From Antedon mediterranea (taxonomy: Eukaryota > Animalia > Echinodermata): 64,000 nucleotides of DNA. A model generated the notes under the pieces. That model saw nothing but the letters and a program-made list of their open reading frames with translations. It was not told the origin of the DNA and ran no database searches. Below, piece after piece: positions 12,638 to 25,527 of this stretch; the first letter of the stretch is position 1; each line of letters opens with the position of its first letter. Location of the stretch: positions 39,008,304 through 39,072,303 of the forward strand of contig NC_092671.1 in the NCBI RefSeq assembly GCF_964355755.1. The letters run 5' to 3'. The position numbers and the translations under genes are program-made.

Positions 12638-13728
12638 TTAAATCATTCGGAATCATTAATATCATAACGTTTGAGTATGATTTATAATTTTAAAACGAGA
12701 ATCTCGTAATAAAACATCGGTAACAACGCATCCTCATACAAGTTCGCGCCCCACCACCACACCAACACTTCTAACAAATAAAATGACTGATTACAATTCT
12801 TAACCAAAAAATAATGTCAAGTAATAAAGTATTGTATTATTCATAGGAAACAGCGTGGACGTTACGTCCCTGGTGACGTGTATGTCAGAAGGGTAATTAA
12901 GTATGGGCGTGGCTGTTATTTAGGCGGGAAACAGCTGCAATCTGTCACGGCAGACTACCACCAGTAAATTAACAATTTGCCCCGTTCAAATTACGCGTAG
13001 TCGTACGCAGGCCAGGTTTGGGAATTTTTTAATTCGGCCAGGTTTGGGAATTTTTAAATTCGGATTCTCCAAAATAACGATTCATTCATTCTCTGAAACA
13101 TTTTTTTTCCAAAAAAATAAATAAAAATACGGTATAAGCTAGCTAGAAATAGTTTCGGTCGTATACAAGATTCAAGCAATTGTATTGATCCACTTTAAAA
13201 TGGAAATTTGTTTTTCTTGGCATAATTAAGACAATAAAACAACAAAGACAAATACATCAAATATTGCAAAAGGCAATGTTATAAGAACATAACATTATAA
13301 CATACATATAGTTGTAGAAAAAAGTAGGACTATATATAATAAAATAGTTGTATTATTTGTCAATGTGGATTTTATGTGACCAATATGTGTATGTATCAAT
13401 AATATTTTAATCAAATTATAATGTATTGTAAATTTGCTTTAGTCACAAAGTATATTCATCCTTTTAAAATAAATTACATTACAAACAAAATCAAATTAGG
13501 TCAGGAATTGAACATTCAACATTATTGTTTTGATTGGTTTATTTAATTCAATTAATAGTGAGTGGAAATGAATAGCATGTTCAATGGGATTACAGCTTAT
13601 TTCCTCAATTAGATCGACAACGCCTCCTAGGGGTTGGACGACGACAAAAGTGAATTGATGAGATACGCCTAGTGCGAACACAAAATCACCATCAAACTGT
13701 GTTCACACGCTGGATCCGTTAAACGTGA

Positions 13729-14062
13729 AGCTTGGTTCTCACTAGAGACGCAACACAAGGACGTAACGCAAACGTAAGTGAGTTGACCAATCACAAGCGA
13801 TAGATTATTCGAACTGTTGCTCGTCATTGGTCAACACGCTTGCGTTACGTTTACGTTCTCTCGTTGCGTCATAATGCTTGGTTCTCACTAGAGACGCAAC
13901 ACAATGACGTAACGCAACTTAAGTAAGTTGATCAATCACAATTGATGGATAATTCGAACTGTCGCTTGTCATTGGTCAACACGCTTGCGTTGCGTTTACG
14001 TCCTTGCGTTGCGCTTGTGATTTGCGTTGCGCTTGTGATTTGCGTTGCGTTGCAACCAAGCT
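13729..14062. mobile_element. MITE family B, tandem pair (TIR AGCTTGGTTC(T/C)CACT)
   Basis: Two consecutive palindromic units with GACGCAAC/GTTGCGT subrepeats and a TTGACCAATCACAAGC core; ends in AACCAAGCT. Confidence 0.8.
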
Positions 14063-14580
14063 TTACGAATCGTATCGGAGTTGCATCCAACGTAGTGCTC
14101 GTGTGATCAGACACTTTGTGTTTCGATAGACCGTAATTTAACTCCGATAGGTTATCCAGAGCGTGTAAAAAGCTCTCTGACAACATTGAAAATGTGTAGA
14201 AAACGTGAAACCTTCAGCTTAAATAAAGCCCTCTCATTGGAATGTTTTTTGGTTTCATTAATAATTATTACCAGCTTTATAACAGATAGTAGCTCTACCA
14301 TTTCTGTATAATTTTAGCTCGTACTTAATTACTTGAGGTTGTCATTAATCAACACTTGAATATGTTAACACTCAAGTAGATAATTACGTTACACTCTAGA
14401 GCACAACGTACATCACATCATATGGCAACACTGTCATCATATGGCAACACTGTCATTATCAATTTATAGCATGTTAAATGAAGCAAATTATTATTGCACA
14501 GAGAGCCAACACCGTATACGATTAACAGATGTACAGGTACAGAACATTTTCAAACGAATTTGATCATTGTACATGATTTA

Positions 14581-14735
14581 AGCTATGTCTACACTATCAA
14601 ACTAGTTTGTGTGATGTGCCCAAATATGGTAGTGATATGCTTAAATATGGTAGTGATATGACATCATCATGTCCATATATGGGCACATCACTTTTGTTTG
14701 TCACATAAAATTTGAAAAATAATGTAGACAGAGCT
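14581..14735. mobile_element. MITE family A copy
   Basis: TIRs present, TTA on both flanks. Confidence 0.85.
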
Positions 14736-15629
14736 TTAGTTTCTACACAGCTAATTTCAATGGTTACACAGGATTTTATGAAATGGATGTCGAAGCAATA
14801 AGGATGGAGTAGGCCTAATACATTATTACAATGTAATGTATTTTATATTAAATTAAAGCACTGTACATCATTGACACTCAATACGATGGTAAAACGTGAC
14901 AAATTTAAAACAGAAACACTTCTGTCGCTTAAAATATGTAATTAATAAAATCAAGAAAATTACCATTGAATTGTGTTTATTTACATACGGGTGTAGTATT
15001 CCATATTTGCGCGTACAATACGGTATTTAAACAACATTTTACAAATTACTGAATATTTAATTTCGGACGATCAACTGACATTTTGTAAGCATTATTAATA
15101 TTTTAATAACAAATTCATAATTTGTACTGTCGTCATTATAACAAATTCTCACACAGTAAACCTGGCTGCAGGCAATATTGGACAGTAACGTATCCATACT
15201 AATGACAAACATACAGGTATTTCTATAGGATGACTAATGCGAAAACTCTCAATAAACGTCAATGTGTGACGAAAGCAAATTGTGACGTTGTCATAATAAA
15301 GTACCTAACATAATCGTGTACAGCGACTGTTAGAAGACTCTTGAAAGAGTGTCTCATCTCGAGGATGACAATGTACCGGTACGATGCGTCGCACATCTTC
15401 AATTCAGAAAAGAAAGAATAATATTACTTTCTTTTTAGCAGAGGATAACATATAATTCATAAGAAAAAAAACATCCTTTTTGTCACATGATTAATCAAAA
15501 GCAATTAGACCTGTAAATGAACAAACAAACATTTAAAACAAAAAGTAATAATAAAATATAGTAATACACAGAGCATTCACAAATAATACAAATTTAAATT
15601 TTACAATGAAATGGATGGGGATGATAACC

Positions 15630-15872
15630 ACACTACACGCCCAATCATACTCCACACCACACGACAACTATACGTACCACACCCCAACCACACCCCCACG
15701 ATACTCCTACCATACCCCGATCATACTCCCACGATACCCCAACCATACCCCACGATTCCCCGACCACACCTCAACTACACCCCAACAATACTCCAACCAT
15801 ACCACAGTCATACTCCAACCACACCCGAACCATACTCCAACCACACCTAAACCATATTCCAACCACACCCCT
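15630..15872. repeat. Degenerate C/A-rich ~11-bp tandem repeat (ACCATACTCCA-like)
   Basis: Visible low-complexity array; source of Pro/Thr/His-rich spurious ORFs. Confidence 0.8.
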
Positions 15873-15967
15873 GGACCTCGGATTGCACGCAATCTCCTTG
15901 TTCCCTCATTGACCCAAATATTTAGTGTCCGAACCCCTCCTTGACAGATCCTGGCTACGGCCCTGTA

Positions 15968-16271
15968 TTGGTTCCCATTAGGGGCACATCGCAAGAACGT
16001 AACGCAACGCAAGACGTAACGCAACGCAAGACGTAACGCAACGCAAGCGAGTTGACCAATGACAAGCCCACTGTTCGAATAATCCATGGCCTGTGATTGG
16101 TCAAATCACTTACGTCGCGTTTACGTCCTTTCGTTGCGTCTTTAGTGGGAACCAAGCTAGAGTGATTTGACCAATCACAAGCAATGGATTATTCGAACAG
16201 TCGCTTGTCAATGGACAACTCGTTTGCGTTGCGCTTACGTTCTTGCGTTGCGTCCGAATGGGAACCAAGCT
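15968..16271. mobile_element. MITE family B, second cluster (one near-complete unit plus one partial)
   Basis: TTGGTTCCCA...GTGGGAACCAAGCT, followed by a second half-unit ending GGGAACCAAGCT; same core as 13729-14062. Confidence 0.78.
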
Positions 16272-18575
16272 TTTAATTGGGTTTGCAATAGATGTAAAAT
16301 AGGTTAGACCTCCAGTACTCTGGTGGATGATTTAATTTAATTAATATGCTAATGACGTCATCATAACATTTTTACATCAGGTTAGTCTGATCATCATAGA
16401 ATAAATAAATTAACATAAATTGTATTAAAAATGAAATAATAATGTTGTCAAGAAGGTGGCTTTAATAATTAATATTATTTCATTTATTTTGATTCATAGT
16501 TAATATTTTATTTAATAATTTATTTGTGTATGCCTTTTATTTTAATTGTTTGCATTTGTTTTGTTTGTTTTAGTTATTTTTATTTATTAATTGGATGCAC
16601 CTTTATCATCAAAGTATGCCACTGTGAAGTTTCCAATAAATTATTATTATTATTATTATACTACCATAAAACAAAAGTACTGTATTATTTACAAGCTGGC
16701 TGTGTTGAACAAAAGGGTGTGGTTAGCTGAAATGTCAAGCTATCAAGTCCAGGGTTCATTTGATGTTTACAACTCTGTTTATTAATTCTGTTTATTCAGG
16801 TCACATTCTAATCACATAAAAATTGTACGTTTAAAATATTATAATGAAACCAGATTGATTTTAGTGGTGAAGAACCAGGGTGTGTAACTTCAAACATTTG
16901 GATTTACAACTTGTTTTACTTATACATTCATTTTTTTTCTATTCTGTTAATGGTGGTCTCTGCTTTAAGTACATTTCTAGACTTATTGTGACCACCATAC
17001 ACATTTATATAATGATTTATTAAGAAAATGATATTTATTATTTATAGAAACTAAAAAATAACAGACATACGGTATTAATATATAAAATAATACAATTTAA
17101 GAATTTTAGAAGGGTGGAGAAAATTATATTTTCAGTTTTCTGACATAGTTGACAATTTCTACCTTTCTATCATTTAATAAAGTTGTTAACATTGGATATT
17201 GTTACAGGCTTCAAAATGGTAAACAAACAAAAAATAATATTGTAAATGTAACTTTTTTGTTTCAATAAGTGTGTAAGTCAGAAACGCTTAATTTGTACCA
17301 ATGTGCTTAAGTCTATTTAACATTCAAAACATGAGTATGTAAATGTCACAATCACATCACGTATATTGTTATTGATTATTATGAATAGTGCATGAAATAA
17401 TCTAATAGACTGAGTATCCTCCTTATTAAGGTAATATTAAAATAACACTTGGATGCGATTTAGTGTATGTAAGCTTAGTGGCACTGTTGGTTGGTGCTTA
17501 CTTAAGCTCTGTTCACACTATCAAGCTTTATGCGACAAAAAATGAGATGTGCCCATATATGGACATGATGATGTCATATCACTACCATATTTGGGCACAT
17601 CACTACCATATTTAGGCATATCACACTTTTTTGTCAAACACATGTGAGTAGAAAGTCTTGCGTTAAACAATTTTGTGGCTATTTATTTATACTAAAAATA
17701 GTTTAGTAAAAAAAACATTTAATTCCACCATTTAAATGTTATCTATGTATAATGTTGTACCTAAACAAAGTAATTTTTTTAATTCACAAATTTAAGTATG
17801 CATTTAAAAAAGTGGTGTAGCGAAAGAAAACATTGTACATGTTGTTAATGCCTAATGTCGTACCTAAACAAAGTAATTTTTAAAATCATATTTAAATAAA
17901 TTTAAGGAAGCATTTTCATTTATAATTTATTATTGTACACAGTTGCCAAAATATTCTTAAACTGTGTAAGCATAGAGTTGAATTTCACACTAATCAATAC
18001 AACAGACGCGATGAAACAAATGACGACAAACAAAAATGAGAAATTTGAAACCAGTTCCTTAGATTTGGCAGTTGTCTTTGAGAGATTGTTTAAATTGTTC
18101 TCCCTTGTGTAAATTACTCAATTTATTATTTCTTAGTGAAATCTTGAGGCAATACTTAAAAAAAGGTGAACAACCAAAAATGTTAAATGTTTTTCCTGCA
18201 AATGACGTAATTTTTGCAGAAACTTAATCAAAATATTTGCTTTTCTATGACATGAAGAGCAATAGTTTTCAACAATAGACTCTACATTTTACATTTTTAT
18301 TTTAGCTTTCTGCATATTATATTCATATTTTCATTGAGATTGCACTTCTACATATTCAATTACCCTTGGATTTTAAAGTATTAAATACTAATAAATTCTT
18401 TTTTATGTACTTTATTTTGAGTTTTAATATTATAGATAGAAATTTTGATGATTAAAATACTCAGTCACAAGTCATAAAATAACTTGTATGCCTGACAAAT
18501 CTACTACATAATTGCTAATATTGAAAATTAAACTTATTAAATGAAATTATACTGAAAACACTTTCCCAGTATCTA

Positions 18576-18730
18576 AGCTCTGTCTATACTATCAAACTAG
18601 TTTGACAAAAAGTGGGATGTGCCCAAATATGGTAGTGATATGCCAAAATATGGTAGTGGTATGATATCATCATGTCCATGTGCACATCACATTTTTTTGT
18701 CACATAAAGTTTGATAGTGTAGACAGAGCT
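18576..18730. mobile_element. MITE family A copy
   Basis: Complete TIRs. Neighbouring copies at about 17505-17640 and 19891-20099. Confidence 0.88.
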
Positions 18731-21576
18731 TTAAATGCATTGCATTCAGATTGTTATACAATCATTTTAAAAATTAGAAAGTCAATATTGATTGTTATAC
18801 GACTCAATAAAACGATTGTCGGCCATTATTGCAGAAACTGGTTTCAAGTGGCAGGCACCAAAATGATTATTACACTCAGATACTATTGTTTGTTTACATG
18901 GCGGTGATAGATCAACCTACAGTATTGTCACAAATGTAGAGGCAACACCCTATATTTAATAATTAACATTATATATCATGGGGGGGGGGGGGGGGGTGAT
19001 AATACATGGTAATAATATACAGTCTAACTTGTTCCACAGGGTAAACCTCCAAATATAGACCAGTACTTATTTTTTCTAATCATATTAATAGAACTATTGC
19101 ATTACCTATACTTTCAAACCATGGGCCTGTTCCTGCTGCAACTGCTCAAAATAAATACGGTATAAAATAGATATTTTCATACCGCATGAGTATATATTTG
19201 TTTGATGCTTCAAGAAAGGTAAGGTTGCATTTATATGGTAACCAGGTTTTACCAATTTTTATTTATTAAAAAGCCTTTAAAATTGACCACAAATTGGTAC
19301 TATAGTTTTACAGAAAAACAGATAAATTGGTTAAAATTTTTTAATACCAAGTCACTCACTCACTCATAAGCCAACTCACTTTATAATACCAAGTCACTCA
19401 CTCACTCATAAGCCAACTCACTTTTACTGTACGTTGATGGTGTTTACTATGGGTTTTGACGAGGATTCTAGAAATTATTTTAATTTTGAGAGCTTCTTAA
19501 TTTATATACAGTAGTAAGGGACAATGTACACTGCCCTGTATATATAATATCTGGACAGAATTGACAGGTTTAGATAAAACATCTATAGTACAGTAGTAAA
19601 TTATTAAATACAAAAATATGAAATGATGTAAATAGTTTGACATTTGGAACAGAATATTTATGACTTTAATTAATTCAGTTTGTTTGCATTATAATACCCG
19701 GTGAATTAATTCACAATTCATTAACAAAGGCGTGTCCGCATTTATCATCCACAAGTGAATAATAGCAATTTGCGTTATTCATATTTATTAGTGAAATAAG
19801 GTTGACAGTGCTGCCAATGTCAACTTCACAAACTTTCAACATTTGTTTTATTCCAGAGCTTCCAGAAAAAAACAATTTAAATCTGTATAAAGCTCTGTCC
19901 ACACTATCAAACTTTATGTGACAAAATTATGTTATTTATTTGCCCAAATATGGTTTCTGTTTTTTATATTTATTGAGAGAGAAAGCTAAGAACACTGTAA
20001 TTTCCAAATTTATGGTTGAATAAAGCGATGTCTATGTCTATGGGATATGTGCACATCACATTTTGTTGTCACATAGAGTTTTATAGTGTAGACAGAGCTT
20101 AAGAAAGAGTTTTTTCCATTAAATGTTGTACAGAAAAAAATATACAAACATCTGTCCATTCTAAACATATATCTACTGTATGTACAAGAAGTATCAAAAT
20201 GACTGGGAATGGTCCTGGGAAGGTTTTAAAATACATCTGAAAACCGGCCTGCTTTGATAGTCAACTCTCCCAATACCGGACTCTCTGAAAATCTGAAACT
20301 CTCCCAATACCAGACTTTTCTGAGAGAGTTGACTCTATGGTCTACTGTATCTACAAAACTGATTCTTCCTGAATGTAATATATGAAATCACATACATTAT
20401 GATTATTAAGGGCTGAGTACAGTGACTCAATAAGTAAACAAAAACACTATATTTTATTGATAAAAATGTTTATTTGTTCGTTTGGTTGATATCAAATATG
20501 ATCAATCTGTATACACAATTATTATACAATAAACTCCATTGTAACTATGACAACAGTGGAAGCTAGAACAAGTAAAATCCTATAACTACATGATTTAAAT
20601 ACAAACATTGAATATTTTGATCTAAATAACCATAAAAATAAACAAATTCTGGTAAACAATAATAATCGTGACTTCCCAACACATTCTGTAGACAAACTGT
20701 GCACACAACATCATTTGCATAAATTGTGAGATTTGATTAACAAAAAATTGGCTGAATTTAACATTATTTGAGAAACTGTGATAACTGGTGGGTGGAGCTT
20801 ATTACACAAAGCATGTTGGGATATAAGGTCAAAGGTTGAATATATTATAGTCCCTATGTTATATTTTTAATCCTTAAAACCATACATAATTCTATAATAC
20901 GATAGCTTATGGTATTTAGGATTACTTTAATCCATCCACCAAATATTTGTGAATGTCCAATTTTTTAACCATTACTCATCCAAAATTTCTTTCATAAATA
21001 GTGACCGTAAATTCCTTATTCTGAACTTACAATCACCCCAAAATAAAATAAATTTGATGGTGTAAGATAAAAATATTAATAATTTCTATGTAATGATTGG
21101 ATGTGATTGTCCTGTGACATTTAAATTTCATGATTTGAACTCGGAAACACGTTCTCTAGGTCTAGCACCATACATTTGTACCACATTATACATTTTAGTA
21201 TAATTATATTAAATTGCAAAGATTATTAGATATATATTATTGGTGGCAAATTCTCACTTTTATCTATAATATACAGTGATAAAGGTGATGGGGTGCAGAA
21301 AAAAAAAAGGGGGGGGGGGGTGGTTTTATAAAGCACCATATTTCACTATTATCAATACAGTAGTTTGATTGTGTTTTTTTTATTCTGATCGTTGGTGAGC
21401 ATCTATAATGGGTTTATTATTATTTACTGTTCCGTACTGTAGGTCCTAAACATTTTCAAAATATAGAATACAAAATAAATAAACATTCCAAAAACAATTT
21501 TCTATCATTAAATATGATGGGTTATGATCAATTGCCTACAGAAGTAAAAATGATATATAAGTTTCCTAGTAATTAA

Positions 21577-22040
21577 AGATGTATTGTCCCTTGAAACACA
21601 AAAAAATGGTCAAAATATTCTAAATTTAAATTGGCCATATCAAAGTAATATTAAAGTTATTCACTTTAAGTCGAAAATTTGAGCCAAAAACAACAATTTT
21701 ACGTAACAGTTAAATTAATTTGATTACATTTCATCTGGATAATCGTCACGAGCGAAAGTAAACAAAGATTTCAAACCATGAGTATACATTATTCATGATG
21801 CTAATTAGGATTGTTTACAACTCGTCACGCTTTGAGAAGGTGTTCTCACACAGATCGCGAGGAAGTTTTATGATTGGAAGTCAAAGTTATTTTTTAAACC
21901 AAAAAACGTCTGTATTTCAGTTATATGATTTTTTTTAAACTCATTTTTGGTGAAAATTAATAACTATTATGATACTTCAAAATGATTTTTTTGGGGGGGA
22001 ATTTGACAAAGGGACAATTTGACAAAGGGACAATACATCT
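21577..22040. mobile_element. Non-autonomous DNA transposon with TTAA target (Kolobok-like)
   Basis: TTAA|AGATGTATTGTCCC ... GGGACAATACATCT|TTAA: perfect 14-bp TIR plus TTAA TSD. Orphan ends of the same family at about 34319, 41409 and 63079. Confidence 0.8.
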
Positions 22041-23185
22041 TTAAAATATAAAACGTCTCAATAAACTAAGACTTTTAATAAGACTTTATTTATGTAGAGC
22101 ATCTTGTGTATATGTTTGTCTTGTGAACAGGATTGCCACCTTTAAGAAGGATAGTGAATTAATTCGCTTATGGTTAAAATATTTTATATAACAAAAGAGA
22201 AAGGTAATTTTTTTTAATTAGGCTTTATATCATGTATATTATCATATACATTGGTACAGTAATTTGATTGATTGCAATAATTGTTTGCGCTGATCTTTAC
22301 CAGTGATATTATGGACATTAAGTATATATACATCATACTGTGTAAACAAACTTAAATGTGTCATGTAAAAAAACAGAAGTATTAAGCTTAAGAGTTATGG
22401 TTGAAGACAAATCATATTTCTTATTTTTGTGGCAGCGGCGGGTGTATCTACACTTAAAGCTTTGTTAGTTTAGTTATAGTGTCTCTACTGATAATACTTT
22501 AATTACAATTGACAAAAGATTATAATCTTACTAGATTAAATATCAACAATTTGAGGAATTACTCATAAATTCAAACAATATTATTCATTTAGAGGGAAAC
22601 CATTCAGTTACTAAGCAATTGGGAATGTTGGAAAGAAATCTTCTAAAATAATTAAAAATTGTCTGTTTCCTACTGAATCCTGGAAAAAATCCAAAAGAAA
22701 AAAAAAATCAATTTTTATGAATGTGGTTTATAATAAACATTAAATTGTAAAGCAAAAGGGAACATGCCAAGTTATTCTACTGCAGTAATAATTGTTTAGT
22801 AAAAAATCACAATTTTGATAGAATCTCTAACAAATTAAATAAAAATAAACAATACAATCTGGTTTGTGTTTCCCATTAAACATGTTTTTTCATTAATATA
22901 AATTGTTTTGTTCAATTATCCACTAAAACTACTTTTGTGAAAATATAAATATTTCTAATAATATAACATAGTTATTACTGGGTAAATTTACACCTAAATT
23001 TCAATAGCTAATTACAACCATTTGCATCAGTTATGGGAAAACGTATAGCACTCTGAACTTGATATAAATGTACATGTCGTAAATTCTTCGGTAAGATAGC
23101 TTGCAAAACGTGTCTAGATCGTACTGGCTAACGCGTCGTTCGTTTCAGACGAGCCAGATGCTATACTCACCGATGACATCTTATG

Positions 23186-24211
23186 TCATAAAGTCTCCGT
23201 AGATTGAGATCGTGGACTGGAGCTTGGCGTTGAGGATAGCGTTCTTACAGACGCCTTATCACGTAAAGCTTGAGACAACAGTTGCGAACCGTCCAAAATA
23301 GCTGTGCAGCACACCGATAAGCGTTTCATTGACTCTGGATTTTTAATATCGTACAACGCCATCTGTACGCTTTCGCAAAGCCTTACGCACGAACTCGCAA
23401 TACTCATACACCCTCCTAAAATGGCCGTCTGTATCCTTCTACTGCTGTCGGGCAATTCCGCTGGTAAACCAATGTGTTCGGCTTCGGTGGCATAATCTAC
23501 TAACGATATGCATGATTGCACAAGAGGTTTGGAAAAAGATATACAACGTGCTCTACTCTGTTCGTCGAGGGTGCTCTTGTATCTTCGAATGCACGACAAT
23601 AACGAGCTCGTACATGCTGTCACGTTTTTAAGTGACAATCTGAATTGTTCCTTGTGAAATTGGTCCTCACTGGCGTCACTAGCAAGTTTACAAGCGTGGG
23701 TCAACGTTTCCAAATTCTTTATTAATTCCTCAGATATATTCACTAGCACTTGAGGCGATAGTTCCGAAAGTGGTGTGAGGTGAAAACGATTACTGGCCAA
23801 TTCAATGTCCACTTTGGCCCGAGTCACTTTATATTTGTCTATGATACCAGGTAACGCTGGTACCGACCCGAGTTCCGTGATGGCTGCCAAGTAAGCAGCG
23901 TGACTTGAACATTCAACGATTCTGATCACTACATCCGTCAAATCTTTTAAAGTGTCTGAAACATCTTTTAACCGATTGCTACGCAGTTGGTTCATAATAT
24001 CACGAGTGAAAACTGTCAAACCCATACTCCTTGCAATGATAATCTCACGACACTTTGAGTAAGATTCACCGAACACCGACAAACTCTCGGAGTTAACAGG
24101 TCTCAGATCGCTAGTAAGTAATAACAGGTCAGTGACCGCTTGCATACGGGTTGCACATAACTCGCAGTCAACACTCAGCAACGCCGGACTATACAACTCA
24201 TTTGAGGCCAT
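23186..24211 (-). CDS. TLNRD1: Talin rod domain-containing protein 1 (MESDC1), uninterrupted 341-aa ORF
   Basis: Motifs CELCATRMQAVTDLLLLTS, ECSSHAAYLAA and IQTAILGGCMSIASSCVRLC match recalled TLNRD1; adjacent to MESD as in vertebrates. Confidence 0.92.
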   Translation of the reverse strand: MASNELYSPALLSVDCELCATRMQAVTDLLLLTSDLRPVNSESLSVFGESYSKCREIIIARSMGLTVFTRDIMNQLRSNRLKDVSDTLKDLTDVVIRIVECSSHAAYLAAITELGSVPALPGIIDKYKVTRAKVDIELASNRFHLTPLSELSPQVLVNISEELIKNLETLTHACKLASDASEDQFHKEQFRLSLKNVTACTSSLLSCIRRYKSTLDEQSRARCISFSKPLVQSCISLVDYATEAEHIGLPAELPDSSRRIQTAILGGCMSIASSCVRLCESVQMALYDIKNPESMKRLSVCCTAILDGSQLLSQALRDKASVRTLSSTPSSSPRSQSTETL

Positions 24212-25339
24212 ACCTCTTGGACATCCGTATCGGACTGGGTGCTACTGCTACATGTCCTATTCGCGACGTGGCCTGTACAATACATTCTCAATCTGGTCAG
24301 GTGGAATACACGCCCAGCAATGATGATGCCTCGTTGCATAAAAAATCTTCTGGCATGAGTCAATGTAATGAGTTAGAAAATTGAATTTGTTCAAATGATT
24401 GTCTGATAATTAAATTTACAAGTGAGTAGAGTAATCTCATTGTCTTCTACATGGTTACAACGAAAAGACTGAAATAGAAACATTAAAATCATAAGTCATA
24501 ATGTGACACCTGGTTGACATTATTTGCAGTTAACAAACTACTTTAGAATAATGAATGAATAAAAAATATCTGAAACGATAAATTAAATATTTATTTTATT
24601 TATATGAATTTTTATTGCATTTATAAATGTATGTTCACAATAAATTACTATGACTATAAAAAAGCATGTTGATGTAAGTAAATAAAACAAGAATAGCGAA
24701 AGTAAAAATTATAAATTTCTTTTTCTTAATAACAATTAAAATGTTATTACTGTATACACCCTGGATTGTGGCTTCCAAAAAAAAACAAGCACCACCAAAA
24801 TTCAACTCGAAATATACCAACAATAACATACTATTACTGTGTATGATTCACATTTTTAAAAAAGATAAAAAGCGAAATTAAAAAATACATCACCTTTACA
24901 AATTCATAAATCTATTAAACAACAAATATGACACAAAACGGAAGATAGCACCTCGTCAGTGTTACTTAATTTAGGCCTATCCGGTCGGTACGTACCGAAT
25001 CTTCCTGTATGGTTAGCTGACTGCTACTACACCGAGCACGTTAACAATGGACTCGCAACCAACCTTGTTGATGAATGAACTGTACACCCAGTTGGGTGTG
25101 GTCACTTTGGCAGGCCAAACGAGCAAAGATAAAAACTACTCACCACTGCTATTTGATAGAGCTTTTAAATCTCAATATATTTATCAGTTACAATAGCTGA
25201 CAGCGTCTTTCAGTACGGAGTCAAAGTCCGTTATTTTAGCGAACGCCCACCACACCATCGATCAATTTCCAGACACAATGTACGCCGTATTTCTTTTTCA
25301 CATGTGCGCTAGGATCTCTCCCCTCTTGTTTTCTCTCTC

Positions 25340-25500
25340 CATCTATTTTCAGCGAATAGAGGGCGCTCATAATTCCAAGGCTATTGGTTCATTCTTAGCA
25401 AATCAACCAATCACTGTGACTAATTACCGTGTGGCGAGTTCCGGTTGGTTAGTTTCTAGACTCATCAAATCCTTGATCGACAACACATCGTAGTTTTTTG
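25340..25500. promoter_or_regulatory. Putative bidirectional promoter between TLNRD1 and MESD
   Basis: Locally CpG-richer; TAGAGGGCGCT (about 25357), ATTGG (about 25383) and CCAAT (about 25407) in opposite orientations, TTCCGG ETS-like site (about 25439). Confidence 0.55.
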
Positions 25501-25527
25501 TAGATCGCGGCGCGGAGAGCAATCGCG

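Noticed and set aside
15606-16155. Pro/Thr/His-rich mucin- or extensin-like ORFs
   Set aside because: They derive from a degenerate C/A-rich tandem repeat and MITE B; no splice or start context supports them.
19343-19423. 42-bp tandem duplication (similar small duplications at about 14415 and 30895)
   Set aside because: Ordinary local slippage duplications with no further structure.
20257-20338. Small inverted-repeat element (AGTCAACTCTC...GAGAGTTGACT)
   Set aside because: Probably a decayed tiny MITE; single copy in the window and too short to classify.
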